This document shows, one piece after another, positions 48,701 through 60,274 of a stretch of 64,000 nt of DNA; positions within the stretch are counted from its first letter, which is position 1; each line of letters opens with the position of its first letter. The DNA is from a virus (lineage: Duplodnaviria > Caudoviricetes). Both the position numbers and the translations under genes were made by a program. The stretch is taken from IMG/VR virus record IMGVR_UViG_3300021431_000087, positions 32,001 to 96,000 of that record. One strand, written 5' to 3'. The notes under the pieces are model-generated. The model made no database searches, had not been told where the DNA came from, and saw only the letters and a program-made list of their open reading frames with translations.

Positions 48701-49598
48701 CGAGTTGGAAGATAACAGTTGGTTGGTATTAACTGATGAAGAATATGGGAAAGTTAACAAATAAAGAATTAATGGCCGGTAACTACGTCCTTTGTCACGA
48801 CCATGGTTGGAACAGCGACGGTACAGTTTGGGAGGAAGACAAGATATGCACTGTCGTGGAAGTTAATGAAAGACACTTGTCATTAGCGTATAATAATGAC
48901 GGCGTCAAAGAGGAGGGCGATTTCAAAATATCGGAATGCGAAGGCATACTTATAACGGTAGATGTTCTTGAAAAGATCGGTTTTGAACCATTTATAGCAG
49001 GGCAACTGTTATGGAACAAATGCAAGGACTTCGTCGTGACCATCGTGCCGGATATAAGCAATCTTCCAAACTCCACACACAGATGCCTTGTCGGCATAAG
49101 GAATGTGTACACTAACGCTAAGATAGCGTTGGACTACTTGCACGAACTACAGAATGCATTAAGTATCTGCGGAATAAAAGAAGAAATAGAATGGCGAGAA
49201 TAGTAGGAATGGACGGAGTTCCTCGGATTGAGATAAACGGGACTCCGTGGAAACAACAGATAAAGCAGTTCGCTGCGTTCCACGAGGAACTTGCGAGGGC
49301 AATGAGTCATGATGATTATCTGTGCATAGAAACGAAAGTTGGAACAATAGAATTTCATTTCAAATAAAAGAATATGGAAAAGGTATTAAGTCTTTGGTAT
49401 GCCGTGAGTAAGACAGGGCAAGGGAGAATCTTCACCTCCAAGCCTGTAAGGAACGGGAACTTCGGCATATGGACAGGCAACCACCTCGGCTTTGCCACCG
49501 AGACCGTGATATATATGGAAACGGAAGGGTTCACCCTGCCCACCTTGAGGTGGGATGATGAGCCCATTAAGCTTGCTTTGACGCTTAGTATGGATTAG
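39771..49598 (+). other. plus-strand run of small accessory genes (AT-rich to about 46.4 kb) with paralog families
   Basis: Abutting ORFs with recurring motifs EQSKKL..P.WSL and QYIDKS.V.AEIE. Confidence 0.7.
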
Positions 49599-49742
49599 AA
49601 AGAACAATCTTGATAAGAAAAGATAATTGTCGCCGTTTTATGCTAAAGATTGATAACATACTTGGTTATTAAATACGTTTTTCGTACTTTTGTATCGGCA
49701 ATAAGCCAGAACCCTTAGAACCGGCCACCCCAGGGTTATAGG

Positions 49743-50093
49743 ATGGGCAAGAGTATGAAGACCACTTTCAAGCAGCAGATGAGCGAGATTATGAACACCG
49801 CTTGGCAGTTCGTGAAGAAGAACGGTATGAGCATGAGCGAGGCTCTGCAGATGGCTTGGCGCAACTACAAGCTGCGCTGCGCAATGACACAGCGTATAGT
49901 AAAGTTCTACTTCCAGAAGGTAGACGGTGTTACGGTGCGAGAGGCCTACGGCACGCTGAGATCCGACATGCTGCCTCCCACATCGGGCGAGAGCAGCCGC
50001 CGCCCGAACCCCACGGTGCAGGTTTACTTCGACACCGCGAAGGGAGAATGGAGATGCTTCAAGAAGGCTAACCTTCTGCGAGTAGCATTCTAA
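49743..50093 (+). CDS. SH3/WYL-like beta-barrel protein
   Basis: VKFYFQKVDG..REAYGTL..VYFDTAKGEWRCFK. Confidence 0.7.
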   Translation: MGKSMKTTFKQQMSEIMNTAWQFVKKNGMSMSEALQMAWRNYKLRCAMTQRIVKFYFQKVDGVTVREAYGTLRSDMLPPTSGESSRRPNPTVQVYFDTAKGEWRCFKKANLLRVAF

Positions 50094-52156
50094 TAAGGCA
50101 ACGGCAGGGCTAACCACCCTGCCACCACCAATGAAAGATATGACGGAGAAAGAACTTAGAGAAAAGGTTACCATCCGTAGGATGCAGCAGGGCTGCTATA
50201 AGGTGACCATAAACTTTCGGGGCAGGGAGTATTCATGCCAAAGCCACAACTCACTTGCCTGGGACGACCTCGGTGACGATGTTCACCGCAGCTACTACAA
50301 GACCGACAAGCAGTGCCTTGAGGCTTTCTACGAAGAATGTAAAAGAAAAAACGACCTATGATTAAGACTATGAACAAGCTTTACAGAGCCGAATTAAAAG
50401 CCGCACGTCGGCTTGCAAGGTGGGCAGACGGACATTCATCCACCATTGATATTATATGCGCCACAGCGGCGTTTATTTGCGCAATTTACGTATTTTTATG
50501 TTACCCGCTATGAGAACAACGACAGCATACAAACAGCAGATCGAAGAGAAAGCGTTTGAACGGCGCATTAACTACGATAAGTTCAGCGAGATACGGCATG
50601 AGGTGCGCTCGGGCATTCTTGCCAAGATGCGCTACCATCAAAAGGTGGCAGCGGAGGTGTACGGCAAGATTGTGTATCTCACCGAACCAGAGGTGAGGGC
50701 TTTACAGGTTCTTGCCAAGCGTAAGGCAGAAGATTCCGACGAGGATTTTAAGGAGTTTACCGATAACGTCATCATCTACTCGCATTGTCATAAGCGCAGG
50801 TCGAAATATAAAATGATTTTCCGAAAGGACGGCAATTTCGAGAACGAGTTCGAGCCTGGATTCTTCGACGTTAACAAGCGACTATATGAACTATTATAGC
50901 TTACGAGAATAATAAAGTTTAACCATAAAATAATTCTATCATGTTAATCAAGACAAAATTCAACATCGGTGACAAGGTCTTCACCATTGACACCACTTAT
51001 CTCAAGGTAAGGGAGTTTGAGGTAAATCGTATAAATGCCTTCACGGTAGGTGACACGGTAAACGTACGACTCTATGACAGTGAGTCCTACAACGCCAACG
51101 GCTATGACGAGAACAAATGCTTTCACACGGAGGCAGAACTGATGACCTTTATAACGACGAAGGAAGATGCAAAGACACTTTGAAATGACGGTAAGGGAGA
51201 AGGATGGATCAGTGCTCCATCCTTCCTATGTCGGAGAAGTTGGAGAGAATGCCGAGAGATTCCTGAGAGGGTTCTTCGGTCTTGACAATCCCGACGTGGA
51301 GAGCTACGAAATCCAAGAGGTGTACTACTGCTGCATCTGCGGCAGGCGTATAGAAGGACACCCGCACAACGCTGCACCATTACGTGACGGTGTCTGCTGC
51401 GACGAGTGCAATATGACAAGGGTTGTTCCCGAAAGAATAAAAATGGCGAAAGAACAATGATACAGGTAAAGACTAAAAACGGATGGACTCTCAAAAGTTA
51501 TCGTGCCGAAGGCAACGACACGTGGGAGTTCATTAGTTGCGGCACACACAGCCTTGCACAGGAGGTGGCCGCATTGGTACGTGAACAAGGCAAGACCTGC
51601 GAGGTTGACTTTTCCTCGTATGGTTGGTATGTAAGAATTAAAATAGAAGATTGACTATGCAGTACACAACGATCGAGCAGAGCAAGCGGCTCGTAGAGCT
51701 TGGGCTTGACCCATCCACATCAGATATGTGGTACAGCGAGAAATACGGGATTCAAATTGGCTTTGCTGGCAAGAGGACACCCGCATGGTCGCTCGACGCC
51801 CTTCTGAAGGTGATTCCATGCCCCTACCAGATGACCCGTGGAATTGACGGTAAGGTGCAGTTTACGCTGCTCACCGTCTCACGAGACGACACCTTTGAAA
51901 CAGAGCTGGAGGCAGTCTATACGATGGTCGTTTGGCTGCTTGAGAATGATTTGTTAGACCCCATAAAACTGAAGAATTATGATTCCAAGAGAGCAGATTA
52001 AGTATGCCCAGCAAGAAATCCAAAAGGCAGGGCGGGAGCTTGTCAGCGCAAACATGCGTCTTGAAGGCTCAAAGTATGAGAGCGATATGCGAAAGGTGAT
52101 GGATGCGCTTTCCACACTGAACACAAGGTTAATAAACGATTTAAGAAAGTAGGGCT

Positions 52157-52711
52157 ATGCAAGAAATAGAGTTCCGAGGACAAAGAATTGATAATGGAGA
52201 ATGGGTATATGGATTTCTCTACCAGATTCCATTACCAAGTGGAGTTGGATGTATGATATTGACCACGGACAACTACCACGAGGATAATTCTATAGACCCG
52301 AAATATCACCTCGCTTTTACCTTGTGGGTAGATTTGTTCCCCGTTAAGCCAGAGACTGTTGGTCTGTTCACTGGATTGCTCGATAAGAACGGCAAGAAGA
52401 TATACGAAGGTGACATCGTGAGGTATTACTGCATAGTTCCCCGCTGCATCAATCCTGACTGCGACCCGTTCAACCGGATATACGAGTCTATCCTAAAGGA
52501 AATTAATGGGGTCGTTTCCTATGAATGCGGCATGTTCACTTGCGACGATTATTCTCCATTGGCATTTTGCGGTCTTGAAAATTTGGAAGAACTACGCAAA
52601 GACCTTGACGTTTCCGAGGAGGATGGATGGGGTGACGCTGAAGGCAACGTTATCGATGAGTCTGTTCTCGGTATAAAAGTAATTGGCAACATTCACGACG
52701 AAAAACAATAA
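52157..52711 (+). CDS. YopX family protein
   Basis: EIEFRG..GEWVYG..FTGLLDKNGKKIYEGDIV..VIGNIHD. Confidence 0.9.
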   Translation: MQEIEFRGQRIDNGEWVYGFLYQIPLPSGVGCMILTTDNYHEDNSIDPKYHLAFTLWVDLFPVKPETVGLFTGLLDKNGKKIYEGDIVRYYCIVPRCINPDCDPFNRIYESILKEINGVVSYECGMFTCDDYSPLAFCGLENLEELRKDLDVSEEDGWGDAEGNVIDESVLGIKVIGNIHDEKQ

Positions 52712-52892
52712 AGATGAAGTTTACATTACACATAAGGATTGACAACCCCAAAAAGGGTATTAAGGAAAGAATAATGGAAGAGGTTGCATTATATCTTAAA
52801 CGCAATGGATATTCTTTCGATGTAGGTTTCAATCCAAATGAGTTAGATATTGATTCTATGGGCAAAGCTTAACAATTATAAAAGAAACAATT

Positions 52893-53981
52893 ATGGCACA
52901 CAATCTTGAAATCAACAACGGCGTAGCGTCCTTCGCAGAAAACGGGCGCAAGGAGCGTGCATGGCACGAATTGGGACAGGTATTTGACCGTCCAATGACC
53001 GTCAAGGAGGCACTGGAGGCTTCCCACGCCAATTATGAAGTCACGCTAAACAACGTGGCGGTGATAACCCCTGCAATAGCCGAGGCAATGGCAACGGGCA
53101 ACGTTCCCGCAGACCTTCTCCTTGACGCAATGGTGAGCGGTAAGAAAGCCACACTCCGCACGGACAAGAACAAACCTCTTGGCATCGTCGGCGATAGCTA
53201 CGGCATCGTACAGAACATCGATGCCTTCACGTTCATCGACACCCTCTGCACGGGGCAGGTCGGTGACCACGTTCCCGTCATTGAATGCGCAGGGGTGCTC
53301 GGCAGTGGCGAGCGGGTTTTCATAACCGCAAAGTTCCCTGATGACATCATCCTCGACAACAAGGGCGACGACAAGGTAGAGATGTATATGATGTTCACCA
53401 CCTCTCACGACGGAACGGGAGCAGTCAAATGTGTCGTCAGTCCAGTGAGGACGGTCTGTGAAAACACGATGCGAATGGCTCTCGCCCATAACGCCGGCAT
53501 GCTTTCCCTCCGCCACTCATCAAACATCATGCAGCGGCTTGACCTGACTTCCAAGGAAAATACCGAGTTCGCTTTCAAGGCACTCAACCTTATGAAGGTT
53601 TACAAGAAATCCCTTGAGCAGAGGTTTGACCATCTGCGCAACATTAAGATTGCGGAGCAAGACCTCGACCGTATCCTGGCAGAGGTAGTGCTTTCCGAGA
53701 AATCGATGGAAACGTACCGTAAGTTCGGCACGATGGAACACGAGGATATCCCCACCCAGTCCAAGAACACCTTCGAAGCTATGAAGATGGCGGTGGAGAA
53801 CGGTATAGGACAGGAATATGGCGAGCGAGGAACTGGATTGTGGGTCATGAACGGCATCACGTCGTACTACCAAAACAATGCTACTTGGCGCAACGAGGAA
53901 ATCAAATTCGACAGCATTCTGCACGGTTACACCTCCAAGAAGGTGCTCGATGCCTGTCTTGCCGTAGAGAACCTATTATAA
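52893..53981 (+). CDS. DUF932 family protein
   Basis: MAHNLE..AWHELG..Y.IVQN..SHDG..VCENT. Confidence 0.85.
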   Translation: MAHNLEINNGVASFAENGRKERAWHELGQVFDRPMTVKEALEASHANYEVTLNNVAVITPAIAEAMATGNVPADLLLDAMVSGKKATLRTDKNKPLGIVGDSYGIVQNIDAFTFIDTLCTGQVGDHVPVIECAGVLGSGERVFITAKFPDDIILDNKGDDKVEMYMMFTTSHDGTGAVKCVVSPVRTVCENTMRMALAHNAGMLSLRHSSNIMQRLDLTSKENTEFAFKALNLMKVYKKSLEQRFDHLRNIKIAEQDLDRILAEVVLSEKSMETYRKFGTMEHEDIPTQSKNTFEAMKMAVENGIGQEYGERGTGLWVMNGITSYYQNNATWRNEEIKFDSILHGYTSKKVLDACLAVENLL

Positions 53982-54207
53982 GAAATCTCCATCCACGGGA
54001 GGTTTCGGCTGCCCAACCTGCTCTGGGTAGCCATTTTTTGCTAACTTATGATAACTGGTTGCCCATTTGTGATAAGGTATGCTAAACTCTTGCTAAATGA
54101 AGCTAAATTGCTCGCCTAAACGATTGTTTTTCAACCGTTTGCAATTACCTTTGCATCGAACCCTTAGAGGCCAAGAGCGCAAGGCCATAACACGGCGCAG
54201 CAAGAGT

Positions 54208-55116
54208 ATGAATACTACAAAGAAGTCATTAAGCGAGCAGGTAAACGAAGTGTTGAAAAGCAGGATGAGCCGCCCCAAGAAGCAGGAGGCCATCGTAAAG
54301 CTCGGCGTTACTCCTTTTGAGGCAATGTGCCTTGTGAGGAGTTACATGCCTGCCCCACGCCCACTACCATTCTCCTACACCTTCGGGGTAGAAATTGAAT
54401 GCGTAGGATGCCGATACACCGAGTTCTTCGCAGCAGCACGCCGCAACGGACTCGAGGTGATGGATCAGGTATACTACAACCACAGGGACATCCCCCAATT
54501 CAAGCTGACCACCGACTCGAGTATCAGCGGGCACAATCCCGCCGAGTGCGTCACCCCTGCCTTGAACGGCAACGACCAAGGTTTCGAGAGCCTCAAGGCT
54601 TGCTGCAAGAGCCTTCGGGAGATTGGCGCTACGACCAACTCCTCCTGCGGACTCCACGTACACATCGGGGCTGCAAGCCTTACCGACCTTGAGTACTGCA
54701 ACGTCTTCGTCAACTACATGAGGATGGAGACCGCCATCGAGAGCTTTCTTGCCCCGAGCCGCCGGGGTAGCTACGCAAGATGGTGCAACAGCCTCCGCAA
54801 CCACGAATACGGTGTTCTTCACGCCACCACGAAAGAGCAGATGCGCTACGCCTTGAACAGCGACCGCTACCACAGGGTAAACCCCTGCGCCTACGCCGCC
54901 CACAAGACCATCGAGTTCAGGCAGCACCAAGGCACTGCGAACTACACCAAGATAAGCCACTGGGTTAAGTTCTTGGGCAAGCTCGTAGAGTTCAGCAAGA
55001 CTACCCGCCTTAACGCCGACATCAACCGCATCGAGGACATCCCTTTCTTGAGCGAGAACGATAAAGCCTACTTCTGCAGCCGCAGAGCCGAATTCGAGGC
55101 TCGTGCCGCTCGGTAA
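54208..55116 (+). CDS. amidoligase (COOH-NH2 ligase type 2) family protein
   Basis: TFGVEIE, DSSI..ECVTPAL, SCGLHVHIG, RY..VN, TIEFRQH; promoter at 54146-54153. Confidence 0.9.
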   Translation: MNTTKKSLSEQVNEVLKSRMSRPKKQEAIVKLGVTPFEAMCLVRSYMPAPRPLPFSYTFGVEIECVGCRYTEFFAAARRNGLEVMDQVYYNHRDIPQFKLTTDSSISGHNPAECVTPALNGNDQGFESLKACCKSLREIGATTNSSCGLHVHIGAASLTDLEYCNVFVNYMRMETAIESFLAPSRRGSYARWCNSLRNHEYGVLHATTKEQMRYALNSDRYHRVNPCAYAAHKTIEFRQHQGTANYTKISHWVKFLGKLVEFSKTTRLNADINRIEDIPFLSENDKAYFCSRRAEFEARAAR

Positions 55117-55219
55117 CCACGGAGAGGCACAACTACCCCACCCGAGCGCAAAGAGCGCAACGGCGGGGCAGAAAACGGCAAAATATAGAAAATTAAAGTT
55201 TAACATCATTAAATAGACT

Positions 55220-55735
55220 ATGATAAAAGAAGAATGGAGACCGATAAAGGATTACGAAGGACTTTATGAGGTTAGCGACTTAGGCCGGGTTCGCTCTTTA
55301 AGAAACAAAAATCGCATCCTTAAACCTTCAAATAATCAAAACGGCTATCTGCAAGTGACCCTAAGCAAAGACAATAATATACAGGCGCTTCTTATCCACC
55401 GTCTTGTAGCAAATGCTTTTCTTGACAATAAACAGAATCTGCCACAAGTAAATCATATAGATGAAATTAGAACAAACAATTTTGTTACCAACCTCGAATG
55501 GGTTACAGCGAAACAGAACTTGAAGCATAGCAACGTCTGTAAAGTTATGAAAGCCGCTGCCGTAAAAGCTTTGGAGAAACCCGTTAATATGTATAACATG
55601 TATGGTGAGTTTGTGAAAAGATTTGAAAGTGCAACGAAAGCTGCGGACTTTATTGGTGGGTATCAACAGAATGTTAGTGCTTGCTGTTACGGCAAAATTA
55701 AATCCTACAAAGGATATGTATTTAGATTTGTTTAA
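55220..55735 (+). CDS. NUMOD4-HNH homing endonuclease
   Basis: EEWRPIKDYEGLYEVSDLGRVRS; HRLVANAF..VNHIDE..NN..NLEW. Confidence 0.92.
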   Translation: MIKEEWRPIKDYEGLYEVSDLGRVRSLRNKNRILKPSNNQNGYLQVTLSKDNNIQALLIHRLVANAFLDNKQNLPQVNHIDEIRTNNFVTNLEWVTAKQNLKHSNVCKVMKAAAVKALEKPVNMYNMYGEFVKRFESATKAADFIGGYQQNVSACCYGKIKSYKGYVFRFV

Positions 55736-55771
55736 CGATTAAATTAAAATAAAATAGAAAGGATAAACGTT

Positions 55772-56323
55772 ATGTGTGTAATAATAATTTCCCCAGCGGG
55801 TCATGCCCTCCCCACCAAGAAAGAGCTGAGGGCAGCGTTTAAGCGTAACCACGACGGATGCGGATTCGTCAGCGAGAGTGACCACTACAAGAGCCTCGAT
55901 TTTGAGGATTTCTACGCAAGGCTAAAGAAAGTCCCGAAGAACGAGAACTGCATCATCCATTTCCGGTGGGCTACCCACGGCAAGGTGTCCCTTGCCAATT
56001 GCCACCCGTTCTATGACGAGAAATCAAATACGTGGTTCATGCACAACGGCATCCTCGCCATCACACCCTACAAGGGCAAGACGGACAGCGAGACGGCTTT
56101 CAAGAAATACCTCGTCCCTGCTATCCGCACGTACGGTCTCTACTCGAAAGAGCTGCAGACCATCGCTCATAACATCATAGACTCGTCCAAGTTCGCATTC
56201 ATGCAGAACGGGCAGATTAAGACCTTCGGACGGTTCATTGAATACAATGGCTGTTACTACAGCAACCTATACCACCTGCCATACACCGCCTTCATCCAGA
56301 ATAGGTGGACGTACGCAGGTTGA
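55772..56323 (+). CDS. class II glutamine amidotransferase
   Basis: N-terminal MC, NHDGCG, HFRWATHG, NCHPF, HNG, TDSE. Confidence 0.9.
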   Translation: MCVIIISPAGHALPTKKELRAAFKRNHDGCGFVSESDHYKSLDFEDFYARLKKVPKNENCIIHFRWATHGKVSLANCHPFYDEKSNTWFMHNGILAITPYKGKTDSETAFKKYLVPAIRTYGLYSKELQTIAHNIIDSSKFAFMQNGQIKTFGRFIEYNGCYYSNLYHLPYTAFIQNRWTYAG

Positions 56324-56325
56324 GA

Positions 56326-56460
56326 AAAGGGTGTCCTTTAGGCACCCCACGTGGTAGTCATACTCACCACGTTTTTCTAAGGGTTCGGGACGGGACGTTG
56401 AGAAACGTATACCGTCCCTTTTCTAAAAACAAAAAACGGGGCTTTTAACGCCTCGTTTTC
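56326..56460. terminator. cluster of four hairpins at a convergent junction
   Basis: GGGTGTC/GGCACCC; CGTGGT/ACCACG+TTTTT; GGGACGG/CCGTCCC+TTTT; AAAACGGGGC/GCCTCGTTTT. Confidence 0.6.
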
Positions 56461-56530
56461 TTTATCCGTATACCTTATCCACCCAGTCCATATCAAAGCG
56501 ACACGGGCAAAACAAATCGCAAGAACACGC

Positions 56531-56998
56531 CTATTTATCACCCCTCCAAAGCGGAGAGTTGCTCCACAACACCTTGCCGACCCAGAACATAAGATATGTG
56601 CCGTCGCAGGTGATGTCCTTCAGGGCAACGGTCGCCGTCAAGGCACCCCTGCCGCGACCTACATGGATGACGATGGCATCGAACGGCGTGAGATACCGCT
56701 TGCCGTCCTCCTCATAGGAACATTTGCGCTTGTAGTAGTCATTCGTCCAATCACGAAACTCGATGGGCTTTGCCCCGGTAATGATAGCATCGAAGTACAC
56801 CTTGTGGATGGAGAGATGCAGTGTCTTCATCCCATTCGTCTTCGGTTTCAACGGCTCCTTTAAGGCCACCACATCCTTCGGTTTGGGGAGCAAAGCGTCT
56901 AACTCTTGCTTTGTTACCAACTTGGCAAGTTTCTTGCCCTTTTCCTCGTAGGATAACGAGGACTTCAAAATCGATTGTATTTCTTGCTGTAAAGTCAT
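56531..56998 (-). CDS. ASCH domain protein
   Basis: LHLSIHKVYFDAIITGAKPIEFR. Confidence 0.75.
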   Translation of the reverse strand: MTLQQEIQSILKSSLSYEEKGKKLAKLVTKQELDALLPKPKDVVALKEPLKPKTNGMKTLHLSIHKVYFDAIITGAKPIEFRDWTNDYYKRKCSYEEDGKRYLTPFDAIVIHVGRGRGALTATVALKDITCDGTYLMFWVGKVLWSNSPLWRGDK

Positions 56999-58329
56999 AT
57001 CAGTATATACCTAACTTTTCTTCCTTGTCGACATCGACCTCTTCTATCTCAGCGTACCCTTCCTTGTGTCGCTTTACCCATGCCTCCGCCTTTTCTTTCG
57101 TAGAAGCAATGTGGAAAAGCTCAAAATCCTCTTGGTCTCTGTAGTAGACAACAAAAACTTTCATAACGCAAACAAATCTTTTTCGTATATCCAACGCTTG
57201 ATGTGGCAATGTTCCCACATGCCGGAATAATAGCACTCGTCATCGCTGTCAAACCGATTACGATCGAGGTCGTAGTCTGCAAAGCGCAAACCTCCGTCCG
57301 TGCTTTCAAACATAATTCTTCCTGTCTGCGGTTTCTCGCTGCCATCGTGCCACAATGACTTATTGCATCGGTTATAATAGTATCGCAACAACTCGGTCAA
57401 TGCAAGGTCGTTTATCCATTTCTGGTCATCAAGGAACGTAGTAATAGTCGCCTTGTCACGATTGATGTCATAAAGCATACCTTCCAACGGCTGTTTCACA
57501 AAGTCTTCAAGGCTGCATTTATGCAATCCGCAGACAGAAGCAAAAACGATGTTGCCTTTGCCATATTCTTCCAACACCATTCCTTTTATGTGCCGGTGTT
57601 CTTTGTCTTTGTCTTTCTCGCTCATAACTTCGGATTGTTATTTGCCATGAACATTATGGCATCATGAATATACTCGGCCATCTTCCTCGCTCCTGCAAGG
57701 TAGCCGTCAATGAAACACTCTCCTCCGTCCACAATAGGACGGTCTTTCAAATACTCGGCAAAGGACTCTGCCGCAAAGTTCCTTAAATCTTCCTCGCTCA
57801 TAATCTTGTTCTATTTTTTAATCCCACCATTCCCACATCTTGTATTCGCGGATAAGGTTATACAGGTGCATGGCTTTGCGTGTACGAAGATTGACGGAAT
57901 AGGTTATCGCAGCTCCCCATCTTCCGTTTCTCCGAGCGTTTTTAATCGGCTCATCACGAAAGAACCTCCGCTCGTTACGTTCGTTTATATGGCATGGAAA
58001 TGGTACTGAATCGTCAATGCCTGCGTCAATCAACTCAAATAAGCCATCATCACGCTCTTTCCATTTAACGTCACCCACGCTTCGTTTCTCCATCCACGTT
58101 CTATATGCAGCGTCATCTTCCAAAATGATGTCAATTAACTTTATGCAGACGCTCATGTCGCGGACGTTCTGTTCCCATCCCACGTGCCTTTGTGCTTCCC
58201 CTATGTAGTCACGCATCCGCTGGAGTTTCTTCTTCTCCAGAGCAAGCAGAAAGCACCAGTCCCAATCGTGGTCGTTAGCGAGCAGCCGCTTGTAGGCGTG
58301 TATTGGGTTTCTCCTATGCAACTTCCTTT

Positions 58330-59079
58330 TCATATCTCAAAACATTTATCTAATCTGAATCCGTTCATCTGTCCTTTGTGTTCCACGTAGCCGAGCTGAT
58401 TGCATATCACCTCCGTGTTGAACACCTTGCAGTTGATGTTCGTATGCGAGTGTCCGTAGACCCAATAGTCAATCCTTCCGTCCTCCATCAGATAGTGAAG
58501 GTCGGTGGCAAAGGCAGACCGCAGCGGGCTTGTGAGGTGTTCCGTGGCTATCGTCAGCAGAGACGGTGAGTGGTGGGTGACAACAACGATATGCTTGGCG
58601 GTAGATGCCTCGACCATTTCCTTTATCATTCTAACGCAGAACTCATGCTCGTGCCTATACACATGCGGAGTCAGTCTATAATCTCCAAACTCTATCATTC
58701 GGAAATCATTCAAGCCACATTTTACAGAAAGTTCATGTTCTGGTGCAATGTCAGACCATAGCGTGGAGAATATGAAATCCGTATCTTCTATCCGAGCAAC
58801 TTTATTCTGATAGTATGCAACGTTAGAGTATATTGGCTTAACGAAACTTTCAGCATAGTCTGCAAGGTTACTACCATAGAACTCATGGTTTCCTGGCACG
58901 GCAAGCACATGTTTGTAATTCTTTCCTGCCCATTCCCAGAACCAAGCACAATCCTCTATGTACATAACATCTCCAGCAAGCAGAAGTATGTCTCCTGCCA
59001 CTTCCAACGGATTCTCACACAGCCACTCTCGGTTGGCTCGGAACTCCAAATGTAGGTCTGATGCGTATTGAATCTTCAT
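58330..59079 (-). CDS. calcineurin-like metallophosphoesterase
   Basis: SDLH, LAGD, PGNHE, THH, GHSH. Confidence 0.92.
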   Translation of the reverse strand: MKIQYASDLHLEFRANREWLCENPLEVAGDILLLAGDVMYIEDCAWFWEWAGKNYKHVLAVPGNHEFYGSNLADYAESFVKPIYSNVAYYQNKVARIEDTDFIFSTLWSDIAPEHELSVKCGLNDFRMIEFGDYRLTPHVYRHEHEFCVRMIKEMVEASTAKHIVVVTHHSPSLLTIATEHLTSPLRSAFATDLHYLMEDGRIDYWVYGHSHTNINCKVFNTEVICNQLGYVEHKGQMNGFRLDKCFEI

Positions 59080-59090
59080 TGCCTTTTATT

Positions 59091-59585
59091 TTAAGCATCT
59101 GCAAACACCTTCCCGTCATCAAGTGTTACTTGCAATTTCGTGTACTCACAATGGAATCTTTCTTTTAGTTTCCAAAAATAACGCCTACACGCCAACTTGC
59201 AGGCTTGCAGGTCATGAAGAAGATAGTTGCCACATGTCTCTGGTGTTGTGGCGGGCACTTCCTCTTGCTCGCTTATCCACCGTAGACACTCCATCGTCAG
59301 ATAGCGCATTTTCTCTACATCATATCCTTTGCGCATGATAACGTACATTCCCGTCAAGCACCCCATCGGGCCTACATAAACCACGTCATCCTTTACCACG
59401 CTATTCCTGAACCACGTAGCCATCAAGTGCTCGATGCTGTGCATGGCCGCAGGAGCGATGGCAGGCTCCTTGTTCGGCTCCGTGAAACGAAGGTCAAAGG
59501 TCGTAAAATCCTTATCCTCACGGGAAACATATATCCCCGGCTTCAACTTTGTGTGGTCAATCGTAAAACTTGCTATCGCTTCCAT
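59091..59585 (-). CDS. luxS: S-ribosylhomocysteine lyase (AI-2 synthase)
   Basis: SFTIDH, HSIEH, GPMGCLTGMY, CGNY..H. Confidence 0.95.
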   Translation of the reverse strand: MEAIASFTIDHTKLKPGIYVSREDKDFTTFDLRFTEPNKEPAIAPAAMHSIEHLMATWFRNSVVKDDVVYVGPMGCLTGMYVIMRKGYDVEKMRYLTMECLRWISEQEEVPATTPETCGNYLLHDLQACKLACRRYFWKLKERFHCEYTKLQVTLDDGKVFADA

Positions 59586-60211
59586 ATTCTATTCTTCTAA
59601 AGTTTTAACCCAAACTGTGCAACTGTTGTCATCCATACTGGTTAAATGCTTGTAGTAAAACGTACGTTCCACCACTCTATACCACTCTTGCTCCAACCTT
59701 ACGGACTCTCCGACGTTCGGAACAACGGGACTGTCCTCCGTATGGAAAATCACATATTCCGAGTCTGGGTCTTGAAAAAATACTCTCATATCTTATAAAT
59801 CATGTTCTGCCAAATACTTTCTGCTCCATCCCTCGAAGGCATCGATATTCTTGAACTTCGGATGCGCCTCTATCACATTCCCGTCAAAAGTCAACGTTCC
59901 GGCCTCCGCTCCTATGAAGCAATACTCAAAGCGTGATGCGTTCTTGCTGAATCCCAACTTGTAAACGGCATATATATCTCCATTTTCCTTCCTGTCGAGG
60001 TGCGCATGAGGTGTGCGCATATTTCTCGTTGCTGAAACTCTATGAAATCCCATATTTTCTCTTTTTCGACAAAGATACGAATAAACATCGAGAAAACAAC
60101 AAAAACTATGCTAAAGTATCTTATTGTAGGCATTTTTTGGCGATGTGTGCTAACAAAAGATAGTTAATACTAAACTGTGATTTTATATTTGAACGTTAAA
60201 TAGTTTTATGT

Positions 60212-60219
60212 TATCTTTG
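60212..60219 (+). promoter_or_regulatory. Bacteroidota -7 promoter box for the RAMP-array operon
   Basis: TATCTTTG with upstream TTTG (-33-like); divergent box at 60070-60077. Confidence 0.7.
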
Positions 60220-60274
60220 TGTCGTATTTAGTAAACGCCGCAAGGCATAGTAATAACAATTTATAACAGCGTAT

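Noticed and set aside
49948-49980. Possible tract 3 match to GTLRSDML
   Set aside because: Only 3 of 11 dinucleotides match, which is chance level
54364-55209. Long antisense ORFs (also 5837-6520, 7835-8476, 15113-15811, 60365-60922)
   Set aside because: Shadow frames of well-supported genes on the opposite strand
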